From assembly GCF_009914755.1 (NCBI RefSeq), contig NC_060927.1: 64,000 bases of DNA, one strand, 5' to 3'. Within the stretch, counting starts at the first letter, position 1. The number at the start of each line of letters is the position of its first letter. Both the position numbers and the translations under genes were made by a program. The DNA comes from the human T2T-CHM13v2.0 reference genome, Homo sapiens. The notes beneath the pieces were generated by a model, which saw nothing but the letters and a program-made list of their open reading frames with translations, made no database searches and was not told where the DNA came from. Below, one piece after another: positions 13,111 to 27,365 of the stretch.

Positions 13111-15204
13111 GTATCTGCTCTGTAGCATGTCTAGTGAACAGGTTAAAGTTAAGTCTTTTCTATTTGGATACATGTGATCATTGGCTGTACATACTGCACC
13201 TGGCCCCCTGTGGTCAGGTCTTAAAGATGACACTTTGCACTAAAGTGGCACATACGGCAAGGCCAAAAGAGAAATTTATATATCAGAATGTCATACTTTA
13301 GAGGGAAACATCTATTTTTAAAATTAATATTTTATTACCAATTTTTAGGAAAGTTATTTGTATGAGCAGAAAAGTTTGCCATTTTCCTTGTGTTATAAAC
13401 TAGAAAATGCAATTACCTGACATATACATTATGGTTTAAGAAATTAATTTTTAGTTAGTCATATTTACTGAACACCTATGGGGAAAGACTTTACAAGGTA
13501 GTTGACAGTAGTAACCTTTAGGGTAACATTCTGTTATTGGAGCGGAGGCTGGTTATCAGATTAAAGACAGAAATAAACTAAAAATAAAATATATATATAT
13601 AGACTCTTTGGTCTTTCAAGGATTCCAAACTCATATTGTTAAAAATAATCTCTTTCTGCTCAGGGATTGCTAGAGAACCCCTTTTACAGGGAGCTGCTAT
13701 TTGCTTCAGCAGGCAGAATGCGTAGGTGGAGTGAGCTTTGGTGGCAATGAGAGGGGCCAACAGAGGTCCTCAGGAATGAATTAGATGAAGGAAATTGAGC
13801 ATCCACAAAAAGGAAAGGTAATTTCTAGACCAAGTTAATATATAATTCTGAGCATTGGCTGAGAGAAGGTCACAGAAAGAGGCCATTATAGCTGTACACA
13901 AGAGGCAAACAGGCTGGCAGACAGGAAGTGCCAGGACAGAGAAAGTTGTGTCACCATCCACTTGCTTTGCCTCCCTTCTCTCCCCTAACATTTCCTATTG
14001 ACTGGGGCAATCTGTGATGTGGTGAATCTGAGATACTGAAAGGATGAAAGGATACCCATAAAAAAGTGAGAGCATGACTGGTAAACAAGAAAATAACAGA
14101 TTTCAGAGGAGAACGGGGAGAGAGGCAGGGGGCAGGAACTTCTTGGGCTGGTTTTTCAATGAGAAATTGTCATACTACTGAAGTGCTCCTGAAGTCTGTA
14201 TGAATTCTGGAAATAAGCAGAAGCCAAAAGTTATCAAAGATAAGATGAGAGCTATATAAAATGTACATATGGAGAGGGACTGAAAGGAAACAAGAAAAAT
14301 AAAAATAATAAATTCAAAAAATTTACAATGAAATCTGGTTGGTTCAAAGGGATTTTTTTCCTAATGATTCTCTGTTGCAGTTCTCTCTTTACAGCACCCT
14401 CTTTCCCATTAGCAATGACCATTTACCAAGTGTCTTTGTGGGGCCCAAGGCCCATAAATATGTACCCTGTATTTATCTCATGATATTAAATCGTAACTTA
14501 TACATAAAGGAATTTTTCCTTAAGGCAAGATGTCAGTGATAGATTTTGAATTATTTTCTCTATTTGCACAGTCATGTACAGTTATAGTTTTAAGGCAAAC
14601 ACACTGAGAAGCATTATCTATCAGGAAAATGTATTAAATTTAAATGCCTAACACATTTTACTGTTTCTAAGGATATTTTTAGTTTTCTTTTATATTAAAA
14701 ATGCCTCTTTTCTGATTTAAAATGCTCTTTTCTCAATATAGAAGTTTTTAAATTACAGAAAGGTAGTAAGAAAAATAACTATAATCTCACTACTTAGAGG
14801 CAGTATTTTTCACAAGTTGTTATTTTTGTGTGTGTCCACTTTTATATTGCTGAGATGATATGCAGCTATTCATCCTTTTATTCAGAACATATCAAGAATC
14901 CACCATGGGCCAAGTCAGGTAGCAAGCACATTCATTGGAAAAGAAAACAGATTCCTGTGCTCCACAAACTTATGGTCTCATATATCTTGCTTATTTTCTC
15001 TTAATATTCTAATATAAATATTTCTCCTTTTTTTGCAAACCATATTTGTCACATAGTTTGCATGTGACCATCATGACAGTAACATCACTGTTACTCTGTT
15101 GAGGGGTTATTGTCTACATAAGGCATGCTAGTCCTATGTTAGATTTAGTAGTTAACCATTCTCTTTAGGAGACAAGTAACAAGATGTTTATCTTTTGTAT
15201 CCAG

Positions 15205-15402
15205 CTGCAGAATTTTAAATATGAGCAAAAACCATCTCATATCTTTCAAACAGTTACCAAGGATACCTCAGATACAGCATTTATCCTTGGCCGAAAACCA
15301 CATTGAGACTCTAACTGGATTCTCCAGTTTACGGTGCACTCCACTGGAATCCCTTATTCTCAAGAGGAACCCTTGTGAGTTCCACCAAAATTACAGGAAG
15401 CA
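15205..15402 (+). CDS. exon 6, three LRRs and start of LRRcap ([14 protein letters not shown]...[14 protein letters not shown]...[19 protein letters not shown])
   Basis: Acceptor tcttttgtatccAG, donor CA|GTAAGG. Phase 2/2 fits both neighbours; canonical LxxLxLxxN spacing. Confidence 0.9.
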
Positions 15403-18400
15403 GTAAGGCCGCAGACACACTAAGTCATCTTTTGCACTTCATTGAATATTATACTTTTAACTATATTTTAAAATATTGTCCCTCTCTTGCTCAAATTTAC
15501 CCAGCAAATACTTATAGAATCTACTCTATGTTGAACACTTCATGCTTCTGATCTCACCTAAAGACTTTTGAACTAATCTTTCTTCATCTTTTTACAATTT
15601 TTTCTTAATATACTCTTTTCTCTTGGTTAATTTATAGTTACTGTGCAGATTTTTAGGCTCCTTCTGTAATGACTTTACCTATACAAAGTTGTTTAATTTT
15701 AGACTTTCAAATTCCACATTTTCTCCCACATGCTTAATAGATATTATGTCTTTTAAAAAATTATACATACATATATATTTTATTAAGTTCTATGTGACAA
15801 TTTTATGAATTGTTTATTCTCTGGTTTTACTTTCACTCTTTGGGCCCCAAGGGCAACATTAAGTGAATACGAAGAATTCAATTTACTCCAGTGCTTGAAA
15901 GAGCTCAAAAACCTGCCAAGAAGAAACCATTTTTATTACTTTGTCACAACTGGGAACATTCCTAATGATAATAATGGAACCTAAACCTTGAAGTGTGCAC
16001 CCAGTAATATGCCCACCTATTTATCTCCAGCTAATTCCCAGTACCACTAATTAGTGTACTTAGGGGAATTAAAAGAATAAAAACAAGCAACTGAATTCTA
16101 CAACCTGTATTTCCACCCATGACTGAGGTCATCTCCCCTCCCAGGCGAATCTGTCAAACAAAGAGTTATATCATCTCCAGGGTCCATTTATATTCTATGA
16201 TTACAATCTTTTGTTTACTTCAATTTCAGTAAAAGACGTAGTTTTCACCATCTTCTTTTCTCACACTGCTCTTTTCCCATGAACAGCAACTGTATTCCAG
16301 AAGCCTATATGATGTTAGACTCTTCAACGCCTGACGTACAATGAAAATTTGTCAAAATAGAAATTATAATCTCTGTTGTTACATAAATCTCATTACTCCA
16401 GTTGTCTGCCCTATGACTGGAGTCTGGAAGCAAAATTTCATGTCTGTGATGATAATAAATTCTTAAATTGCTTTCACATAACAGTGAAAACTAGCAGCAC
16501 AGTTGCTGTAATATTGAGCTAATATTTAACCATAATAATATTTTGGAGGTTTAAAATTATATTTCCTATAATCAGAGGAGGTTTAGCTGGACATTTCAAC
16601 ATCATTCATAAGAAAGCACAGTCCTAGTCATAAGGATAATTTAATAGTATTGTATTTCAGTTTTGTTAATTCATATGTGGGGTTTTATAAAGCATTTTGG
16701 TCCCAACTCAGCCACTTGCCTCTCTTCAAAGAATGCCTTACAATAATAGTATTAAGATGAATTGTCTGAAATTGGATATGCCCTGAGGTCTTACTGTAAT
16801 TCCGTCTACAAAATTCATGATGTGGTATAGAGTTATGTAGGAATGAGGGATATAATGAGGTTCTTCTGTTTTTCCAGTATTAACTCTATTGGATTGAGTC
16901 CAAGGTGTATATACGCTGACTTTCAAGTTAGAAAAAGCCAGGTTATATTAACTTAGGTAGTGCAGGGTTACATTGAATAGAATGATGGGGTCATTTTAGA
17001 GTATGAAGAAAAGGTTTAAGCATCCACTCATGCTAAGGAACTAAGTTGGAATCAGAAGTTCATTCAAACATGGATTCAGTTACCCAGCCAAAAATCCACA
17101 CCTTGAAGATTATAACAGCTTTCATTTTGTCACTGGGTATCTGTGTTGAGGATTTGGGCCAGAGCTTCAGATGACTCTTTTTACACACCATGCTCAGAAT
17201 TATTTAAAGTACAAGCTTTTCTTGACCATTATCACCTAGAATTGTGACTGCTTTCCCTTCCTCCTTTGTTTCAGATCCACCAATAAGAAGACAGCACAAT
17301 TCAAAAGAGAAAGGACTTAATGACAGAGCTAATAATGTAAATCCCAGTAGGTTAGAAGGTGGCCCCATTTCTGGGACACCTACAGGCAAACTTCTCTATC
17401 ATTCTCTAGGAGTCAAACATGATATTAGTTCATTACTGCTTAACTTAAAAAAAAAATCAGTGGCTAGAAATTCTTGCCAGCTAAGTATGAATTTTGAAGC
17501 CAGAAGACATAGATTTTAATATTTGCTTTGTCACCTACAGGCCTTATGATTTTGAATAAGTTACTTAAAATGAGGGATAAAAACCAATCTGACAGAGTTG
17601 TTGTGAGGATTTAAAGAGATGCATAGGAAGCAATTCATGTTAAGAAAATCATGCAGCCAATGGGGGCTTTCAAGGAGGTCAGTTCCATCATTAGCTGACT
17701 TAGCATATCTGCTAAAAGGTTTCAGTATCTTTCATGCAGGCAAATTCAAATGCCATAGATTTCTCCCAGCCAGAGCCCTCAGAATTCCCAGATCTAGAAA
17801 AGCTGTCATTCTAAAGAAAATGCTGCTTTTTAATGCCGCTATGTACATGACCACTGTTAACTGGATTGAACTGAAGGATCTGTTTCTGAACATAGAAGTG
17901 ACTCCCTGAATTTGAAATAGGAGCTTTAGAAGTGCTCGCTTTCAGGAAAAAATAACAGCATAATATTATTTCCCACTCCCTCTTTTATATTTATCAGCCA
18001 GAATTCTTCTTTAACTATCACTGAATATTGTGGGCTTGCTTTACTTTCTCTCTCTTTCTAAACTTTTAACTTTGTAATGAGCATATATATCATGATCTCA
18101 TTCTTTCTCTCATGGTTAGTTGGCTAAATCCACTCATTGATTTTTTTTCCCTTATAAGACTGTAAAAACTGGAATGAAATTCTCTTATAAAAACAGATTG
18201 TAGACAGTCCCATTTCTCTGATCAATATTTACCACCTGCTGAAAGATCTATTAGATCCCTGAAAGGGCAAGCTATGGCAAGGTCATCAGGTCAATTAATA
18301 TGAATAATATTTTATTTTAGCTCTACTGCAAAGATAAGCAACACAGAATGAAGTGATAGCCATTCATCTTCCTTATAACAATAGGCAAAGTCCATTCACT

Positions 18401-18470
18401 TATAAAGAGAATAAGTGAAATAAAATGCTTTTGTTCAATATAGTTTTTTTTTTTTTAACTTTTGCTTTAG

Positions 18471-18582
18471 AGTATTCTCCTGTTTGCCAAACTTAAAAAT
18501 GCTGGATGGAATCTTGAAGCTACCAGAAGATTGCTTATCACCAGAAACCAATATTTTTTCAAAAATATGCCTTGTGTCCTAA
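18471..18582 (+). CDS. terminal coding exon 7 ([36 protein letters not shown])
   Basis: T-rich acceptor ttttgctttAG. Completes LRRcap [17 protein letters not shown] across the junction. TAA at 18580-18582. Confidence 0.9.
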
Positions 18583-18628
18583 TGCAGTCTGTATAGAAAG
18601 AAAGCAATCATCATTGTTGCTAAAAGCT

Positions 18629-18655
18629 AATAAACACAGGACATGCATGATTAAA
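18629..18655 (+). terminator. polyadenylation signals of the LRR gene (AATAAA 18629-18634; ATTAAA 18650-18655)
   Basis: About 47 nt after the stop, followed by a T-rich downstream element. Confidence 0.65.
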
Positions 18656-18694
18656 TATTGCAGTTTATTTTATATCTTTTTGCTTTTCTAAATC

Positions 18695-18900
18695 AAGGTA
18701 GGAAAATATTTTCTGTAAAGGACCAGATGGTAAACATTTCAGGCTTTCTGGGCTATATGGTCTCTGTCACAACTACTCAACCCTGCCATTGTAGTGCAAA
18801 AGCAGCCATTGATAATATGTAAATGTATGGGTGTGTCTGTGTCTCAATAAAACTTTATTTACAAAATGATGTGGCAGGCTGTAGTACTGATCTCTGCTCT
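18695..18900. mobile_element. MER58A-like DNA transposon fossil
   Basis: ttttctgtaaaggaccagatggtaaacatttcaggcttt...caataaaactttatttacaaaa. Confidence 0.75.
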
Positions 18901-18929
18901 AAATTTTAATGTCACATGGTTGATTGCAC

Positions 18930-19275
18930 TACTCTTCACCAATATCCATGTGCCTTCCTTGGAAGAGGTGTATGATTCCCTCACTATTGAAGTCAGTTAT
19001 GTCAAGCAACTTGCTTTGAGGAATGAAATGTAAATGAATGTGATATAGGTCACTTGCAGGCAGAAAATTTGAGAAACAGTTTGTGCCTTGTCACACTTTC
19101 TTTCCTTGTGCCATACCAGTGGGCAAATTTCCCGATCAAGGCCTATCTGCCTAGGTCCTGAGGTAAACCTGGCATGGAGCAGAGCCACGGTCATTCTATA
19201 AAAGATGGATAGTCAGAGAGTAAACCTCTGTTATCATTTGATGTTGCACCATAGCCTACCCTCTCCCTACTAACA
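18930..19275 (+). mobile_element. old MaLR (MLT1-type) LTR fragment
   Basis: Degenerate similarity; ends ...ccctactaaca. Confidence 0.45.
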
Positions 19276-19450
19276 CACCTCCTTAAATTTAGGGACTGCA
19301 ACATAACTCATTCAATGATGTATTTTCCCCCCAGAACAGGATAGCAGGCACTTGAAATGTTGAATGAATGAATAAATGGCTATTGTAGGAAATTATTAAT
19401 GAGTGGCAGAATTATCGGGTAGGATACAACTTCAAAAGTTTAGGTGAAAT

Positions 19451-19705
19451 GGATACCACATGTTCTTAGTTATAAGTGGGAGCTAAACATTGGGTCTCAT
19501 GGACATAAAGATGGCAACAAGAGACACTGAGGACTACTAAAGGTGGGAGGAAGAGAAGGGGAAAAGGACTCAAAAACTAACTATTGGGTACTATACTCAG
19601 CACCTGGGTGATGGAATAATTCAAACTTCAGCATCATCTAATATACCCAGGTAACAAACCTGTATATGTACTGCCTGAATCTAAAATAAAAGTTGAAAAA
19701 AAAAA
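19451..19705 (+). mobile_element. 5'-truncated L1 3' end (old L1PA/L1PB)
   Basis: ataagtgggagctaaacattggg...ctgaatctaaaataaaagttg + poly-A; near-TSD aaaag(t/c)ttaggtgaaat. Confidence 0.85.
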
Positions 19706-22700
19706 GCTTAGGTGAAATATATTGAAAACTTTAGGGCAACAGTGTTGGAAATCGACGTTATAAGGGCATAGGAAATTGGAGAGTTATGAGAGCCAACAAA
19801 TCATTTTATTGTTTAAGCTACTTTATGTTGGGTTATCTGTTTCTTGCAGGCAAAAACATGCTAACTGACAAGAAAATCATGGGTTTTATACAAGGATAAC
19901 AAGTGCTGGGTTGCTTAGCTATGAGGAAGGCTAGGCTCACTGGTAAGTGTCTCAAGATGTAGATCATGCTAATCTGAAGATATGTGTTGATGTTGCAATC
20001 TGATGTCCTGTACAGGTTCTATGAGCAGTTTGGCCGAAGTTGGTAATATCTGTCTATGCCAGAGTGGGACTGATTAGAAGACCTATAAACTAAATAACAT
20101 CAAACCCCAAAGTTGCATCTGTCTACTCACTGTAGTGGTGGTAGTTCTACCAGTCATCAGTGGTGACCCATAATGACATATCCAATAATTGCATTGCTGT
20201 AGTTTCTAGTATATCTGCTCACTTGACCTTTGTAGTACTTTCTTGCATCTTCTATAATGCACAGAGATCTGAGCCACTCTCTCCTTGGTTTTAGCATACC
20301 AGAAGATGTACAGCGTTGGAGAATTCAGGGATTTTTATCAACAATCAAACTATATTTGTGGAAATTTTGTGCATAAGTGCCAAAGATGGCTGACATCGGA
20401 CCACATTCTATTTAACTCAACTGAATGACACCAAGCTCTCATCCTAAAACTTATAGTTACATCCACCCTTCTGAAATATTTAATTATTCTCCAATACACT
20501 GGAGGTAATAGGTATAAAAAGAATGAGCATGTGCAACTTAGTATCTCATATCTAATTTTGTGTCCCAAGTTCATTCTTCCCCTGAATGTCCCATGTCTAC
20601 CAGGTGCAGGATTATCTGGATGGGTCAGTTCAAAACAATTTCAGGGAATAAATTGTGTAGGGGACTCAATTTTCTGAGACAGAAACATAATGTGAATAAC
20701 TCCTTTGTTAGAAAATAATTTCAGTGACAGAAAGCCTTTCAGTTCATAAAGAAAACTTACATATCAACAAGCCTAGCTCCTCACTAGTCCCAGTGAATGC
20801 TTACATCAATCAGCTCTACAATATCCAGTAAAGGACTTTCCAATTCGCCTTTGAATAAACTGAGGTATTGGAAACATCTAAGAAAATGGTTTTTAATTCT
20901 TCCTAATCTTCAGGGAGTTCTTCCTTATATTGAGCTGATATCTGCCCTCTGTAACTTTCAACTAATTATTCAAATCTCTCAAGTGATTATAATTAATTCC
21001 ATCTTATAAGGAATTTTTCTCAGCTTCCAGCCTCTTGAAAATACTCTGATATTTTCTCTAATATTCAAGTGGAAATGTAAATGGGTAACGTAAGAGTCTG
21101 TGGGGTTAGGAGGGTGGAGGAAAGGTAAGGGAAAGCTAATGAGAAATAACCAAAGCAAGAAAAAGAATTTTATTTTCTTCAAGTTCTTTGTACATCCAAA
21201 GTGGAAGATTCCTAAAATAAATTCCCCATACCACATTTTAAAAATTAGGTTAGCAAGCTTACTTTTTAATTTATTTAGAAGCCAACTACTTCCATTTATT
21301 ATTTCTTTCCAGAATAGAACAATTATCACTAATTGTTTGTCATTATAATGCCAAACTATGTTAATAGATGCCTATTTTTTTAAAGGCTAATTGCAATCAT
21401 GAAACCAAATATCTAATTAGTTTTAGAGCTTTGGACCACATGCATCAATATTTGAATCATTCAGGTGTATATTTGCTTTCTGCTTTTTTGTCTCTTCAAA
21501 AGAAGTATTATATGCATTCTCTTTATAATTTCTAAATGGTCATTTCAAAACTGATTATACGAGTTTATACAAATCATACTGAAATTTGTTGCTTAAAAAA
21601 TCTTCATTTTTCTCTAAGCTCTCAGTGTCCTTGAGCTATATATATTTTATGGCAATTTTTACTTAATAGTTTGTATGCTAGTTATTTTTGACAATGACTA
21701 CTAAAATGCAAGTTTCTTCAAGGGCAGATTCACCTTAGTTCTTCTTTATACCCCTCAAAAACCTCAGGGTTATTCTCAATAAGTATTGAGTAGGTGAGTG
21801 AACTTTGGATGTATACTCCTTGAAATTATATTTCTGGAGCTGGAAAACTTTAAAAAAATGTATGTCATGAGTCTAAAGAAATAAACATTATATGGCTGAA
21901 AAAATACTTTGTGAAAACCAAAAATCTCATGGAATCATGAACTTATCTATGGGACAGATGTTAGCCCTGAGGTTGTTCTGGGCTTCTTTTCTACCCACTT
22001 CCCATGACCAAATCAGTTCACTAGTCAGCAGTTCTATCCTTCCTCTCCTTCTCCTTCCATCTAAGGAGCTAGAGCTGAACTGCTTGGCCACTGATTGCTG
22101 ACATGCTGAGTTTTCTACAGCTGGAGTTTTCAAGAGGGCTTTGATTTTGCTTTCCCCAGTTTTCCTTCTTCCACACTTGAAAAGTGGTAAGGGTACCAGC
22201 TTTCTGTCTATCTCTGACTCTCTCTCTCTCTTTCACACACACACACACACACACACACTTTTTTTTTCTTCCACCCTCCTGCACAGCAGGAGACCTTGCC
22301 TTGATCTTTGAAGGTCTACAGCAAGTGGTCTAGGCTAACTCAGTGCTGGGCAAATGGAGCAAAAACTCTTTTCTGCTTCCTTGCCTCCATGTCTTTCAGA
22401 GCTAGCAGATACAGCTTTTGTTCTATAGGAGTGATTCTTTCTAAATGTCAGCTCAACAGGATGATGGTCACTCTTGTATATCACTTAGGCATGAGTTCTG
22501 TTGAATCCCAGCACAATTTACCAGACTTTGTCAGTGGCTTTTGGAGTAGCAAAGACTCAATTTTTAATAAAGTGTTATTTTGTTTAGCTGGTCATTGTCA
22601 TCATCACTTATCTCTTTCCAGAAAATTGTGAGAGGTATTTTTCTAGAGAAGGATTTTGGTATTCCAGAGTCCTGTGGCTAAAACATCATGCTAATCTCAA

Positions 22701-23949
22701 GTTACTCTCAATATTAGAGTATGTGGTTACATATGAAATACAAATATGCTGATAGTTTCAAATTGAACATTGTATCTTATTTGACCTAAGTCAAAACCCA
22801 CTATAAACCATCAAAGCAATATCTTGAATAAGTCTCATAGATTCCAGTCATCTGGATTCTCAATCTATTGCCAGTATGGTCTTAGATAGGTAAAAGATGT
22901 TCCCTATGCAGATCACATTACACAAAAAGCTAATAATATAGCAATCCCTTGTTGCCCAAATGAAGGATTAAAATAAGGAACTAATATAAACATATATTTA
23001 TTGTCACACAGAGCTATAAAATGCAATGAATAGCTGAATATTGGTCTGTATTATTCGGAGTAATTATAGTCTCTCTCTTTTTGGCTTTCTAAAATAAAAA
23101 TAAAGACACAGCAGTTGATCACTGAGTAAAAGACCTAAGATGCCTTTCAAATGAATTTGTACTAAGTATCCACAGAGTATATTGTCCACCATATTTTAGA
23201 AGTAAAACTCATTCTGATGAATTGTTTTTAAATGTTTATTTACTTCTTTTTGCAAGCAGACACCCGTTCAATGATTACATATATTTTCTCTGCTTTTAAA
23301 ATCATTATCCATCCATAACACATTTTAAGAAGTCTTGATGTCATTTTTTCTCAGTAAATTACCATGCGTAAACACAGAAAATAACTCACAGGTGAAAGAA
23401 CATAAATTTGTACAGAGAAAATTTATTTTATTATGCGTTATTGTTCTAGTACTCAAAACTTTGACGGATAGTATCTGCTCATCTCTGCCCATGCTTTTCC
23501 CCATACTTAACTCTCCCAAGCTCTTCCAACTACACAAAAGGCATTACATAATCTAGCTCTGATTTAAAAGCTATAACAGCAGGCGAACCATTAGATATGA
23601 ATCAGAAACTTCATTTTTTACAGATATCTATATTTTGATAGATAAATATTTTTTCCACGGGAACTAACATTTATTTAGCAGCTACAATATTCAAGACGCT
23701 GGGGTAACCTTTTTCGATCCTGTGCTATTCTATATGTAGCTTCTCTTCCCACTTAAAAAAAATTCTAACAATAAATAAAGCTTTAGGGTGTGTGGATCCT
23801 CATGTTGTCCCTCTGGTATATAAAGTTGTCTCCTATAAATCATTTTACATTTTGACCCTAAAATCCATCTACGAGCAGATATTCTTCCTCCTTGAATTTT
23901 GGCTGGGGCACAACAGAAAGGAGAGAGTAAGAGATAGGTTTGGCAGAAG

Positions 23950-24654
23950 TGTTACAGTACGTAGCTACCCAGGTATGAGTGGGGCAGGAGACGCCTCCCC
24001 CTACTCCACCAGGAATGTCAGGCAACCATCAGGTGATGGTGAGGTGTCAGGTGATTGTCACACTACCTCTCTAAAATAATAATTGGTTGTAGCCAGAGCC
24101 AGGGCAAGGCAGTTTCCCAATAGACAAAAATGCCTGTAACTGGTGATGGGCAGCTTCCCAATAAGATTTCAGGAATTGTGTGAGTGGGCTTGAGCATGTG
24201 TATTAAGAGGCAAAATGGTGGGGTTTAACTGGTATATGACCTTCTGGGGACATTTCACTGGAAGAGGGAAGAACACCTCAGACGAGTATGTGTATAACTC
24301 CAGTAAACACACTGCTCATGCTCACCTCTCAAGTACTAGCAGGCCACCATGCATGCAGGCAGATTACCCTAAGAGAAGAATCAAAGGAAATGGGATGCAA
24401 GACACTAGAAGTATGCCGGCATATAAAACTCCAAGTCAAAAGGTTAAATTCCACACTTGACTTCCAAAATGCCTACTTGGAGTACTTTACTTTCTTTTCA
24501 TTCTTGCTCTAAAGCTTTTTAATAAACTTCCACGCCTGCTGTAAAACTGGCCTCCATCTCTTCTTCTGCCTCATGCCTCTCAGTTCAATTCTTTCTTCTG
24601 AGGAGGCAAGAATTGAGGTTGCTGCAGACCCGTATGGATTTGTCACAGGTAACA
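23950..24654 (+). mobile_element. MER50 (ERV1) solo LTR
   Basis: TGTTA...TAACA termini, 4-bp TSD GAAG, caggaatgtcaggcaaccatcaggtgatgg motif, TATA ~24422, AATAAA 24521. Confidence 0.85.
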
Positions 24655-24679
24655 GAAGCACAACTGGGCATATGCTAGG

Positions 24680-25110
24680 TGTGATGGTTAATTTTATGTA
24701 TCAACTTGGTAGGGTAACTGTACCCAGAAATTTGATCAAACATTATTCTGAAAGTTTCTGTGAGGATATTTTTTGGATGAGGGTTACATTTAAATCGGTG
24801 AACTTTGAGTAAAACAGATTGCTCTATGTAATGTAGGTAAGCCTCATCCAATCAGTTAAAGACCTGAATGGAATAAGACTCCCCCGGCACCCTCTTCCTC
24901 CTACATGAATAAATCTTTCTAGAAGTTGGCCTTTGGACTGGAACTGCAACATTGGCTCTGCCTTGGGTCTCCAGCCTATAAACTGACCCTGTAGATTTTG
25001 AATTTGCAAGCCTCCATGATCACTTGAGTCAATTCCTTAAAAATTTTTCTCTCTCTGTCTCTCTCTCTCTCTCTCTCCTCTCTCTTTCCTATTGTTTCTG
25101 TTTCTCTACA
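24680..25110 (+). mobile_element. MLT2 (ERVL) LTR
   Basis: tgtgatggttaattttatgtatcaacttg...(TC)n...tattgtttctgtttctct. Confidence 0.8.
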
Positions 25111-25719
25111 TCAGGTAGCCAGCCTAAGACACGCATCTTTTGTTTGCTTCCAGTTTTCTCTAAAAGAGTAGTCATCATTAATGTTTTACCCTCATTTCTG
25201 TGTAGTTGGAGATGCCTCTTTCAACGTAGCCCGATATTTTCCTCTTATGTGGTTCACTTGTACTCCACGTCTGAGTCCAACAGCTTCTGACTTTTGATAC
25301 TAGAAAGAAAGATTTTGGAATTTAGAAAAGCCTTTTCTCTCTCAAGAGACTTGCCCTTGCCATTGAAAGTCTAGCTTTCAAATTCTTTTTGCTAAACACT
25401 TTTTAAAGTCTATTTTGAAAATCAAAGGTGAACAATGACTTTTTTGCCCTTGGCTTTCTCTCTATCACACCCTAAGGCAATAGATGCTTCAGCATCAATA
25501 CTTAGAGAGCAAAGGCAAAAAAACTGAATCCATCAGCTAATATTTGTAAATATTTTTACTCTGCAAGAGAGTGGCATAAAATGCGACTCAGCCCTGGCTT
25601 CATATTAGAATCATCTGAGGAGCTTTTAAAAGTACAATGCCCTATACCCACACCCCAGAGATTCTGATTTAATTCGTCTAGAATGAGGCTCAAGTGTCAC
25701 TATTTTTTTTTTTTGCTAG

Positions 25720-26037
<318 letters not shown>

Positions 26038-26884
26038 TGATTCTGATGCACAACCCAGTGGGGGAACCACTGGTGTAGAGGAAAAGCCACTAGGCGGGGC
26101 TCTAGAGCCTGGTTTTGCCATGAAGTAGCAGGGAGAGCCCAAGGGATTGATTTCACCTATCTGTATTCAGTTTTCTCATATAGAAAATGTAAAGTTCAAT
26201 TTCAATGTCTTCCAATAAACTTTGTAACACTAACATTCTGTAAATCAACCATTGTGACAACTAAAAGAGTGACTTTGGTCAGTGACTGATTCGAATATCA
26301 AAAAAAGAATTAGTCTAGACATACAAATAAGATTTCTACTTTGCTCTAAAGAAATATATGGTGACTAAAAGAACTCAGTGCTCCTTTTAATGTGATGGTT
26401 GTTCCCTGTTTCACACTGTTGGACTGTTTAGGCACCAATTTAGAACCACCACCATATGTAGTTCCACATCCTTAGCTGCTTGGCTATGCTCAATGAGATG
26501 AGCCCCAAGTATTTTCTATGTTGAAAATATGTGTCTCTAAAAAGAGTAGAAAAATTGGCCAGCTCTCACTGGTAGAGCATTTTGAAAAATGTGGACTGTG
26601 TACAGGGAATTTCGAGTAGCGCATTAGATAACACTGAATTAAGTGGGTAGAACTTTCTCCTTTTTAATTGATTTCTTTTGGTGAGTCAAGAATAGTCTTT
26701 AGTGTTGAGATATCTTCATTACATTGTTAAAACTAATATATTTTAAGAGAGAGTAAAATTTCAGACTAATAGGCTCAAGCAGGCAATGGTATTTAGCTAG
26801 TATTTAAAAACAATGTTTTACTTTCATTCTATTTAAGATATGGTACATATCTAAAAAGATTTATATGAAGACAAGATCTTTCAC

Positions 26885-27132
26885 CAGCAAAAACATTATG
26901 ACTCACTGAGGCTCAGATAATTGTTAGCATTTTTTAGCAATAAAGTATTTTTAAATTAAAGTATGCATTTTTTAGACATAATGCTACTGCATACTTAATA
27001 GACTACAGTATGGTGTAAACATAACTTACATGCACTGGGAAACAAAAAATTCATGTGATTCATTTTACAGCGATATTCACTTTATTGTAGTGTTCTGGAA
27101 CCCAGCCTGCAATATCTCTGAGGTATGTCTGT
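26885..27132 (+). mobile_element. Tigger1 3' end
   Basis: gatattcactttattgtagtgttctggaacc...caatatctctgaggtatgtctgta terminal repeat. Confidence 0.8.
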
Positions 27133-27365
27133 AAAACCATAGAAAAAGATGTGATATGCAGGCAATGACCAAAAAAGAGCTGGAATGACTATACTGAGTA
27201 TATGAAAAATAGACAAATTTAATGACAAATTGTTACTAGAAATAAATAATGATATTTTATAATGATAAGCGGCCAATCCATCAGGACGGGTATTAATATG
27301 AAAAAGAGGTTTTTTTTTTTTTTGAGGAGTTACATGTTCTGATGCTGCTTATCTAGTTATATGTA

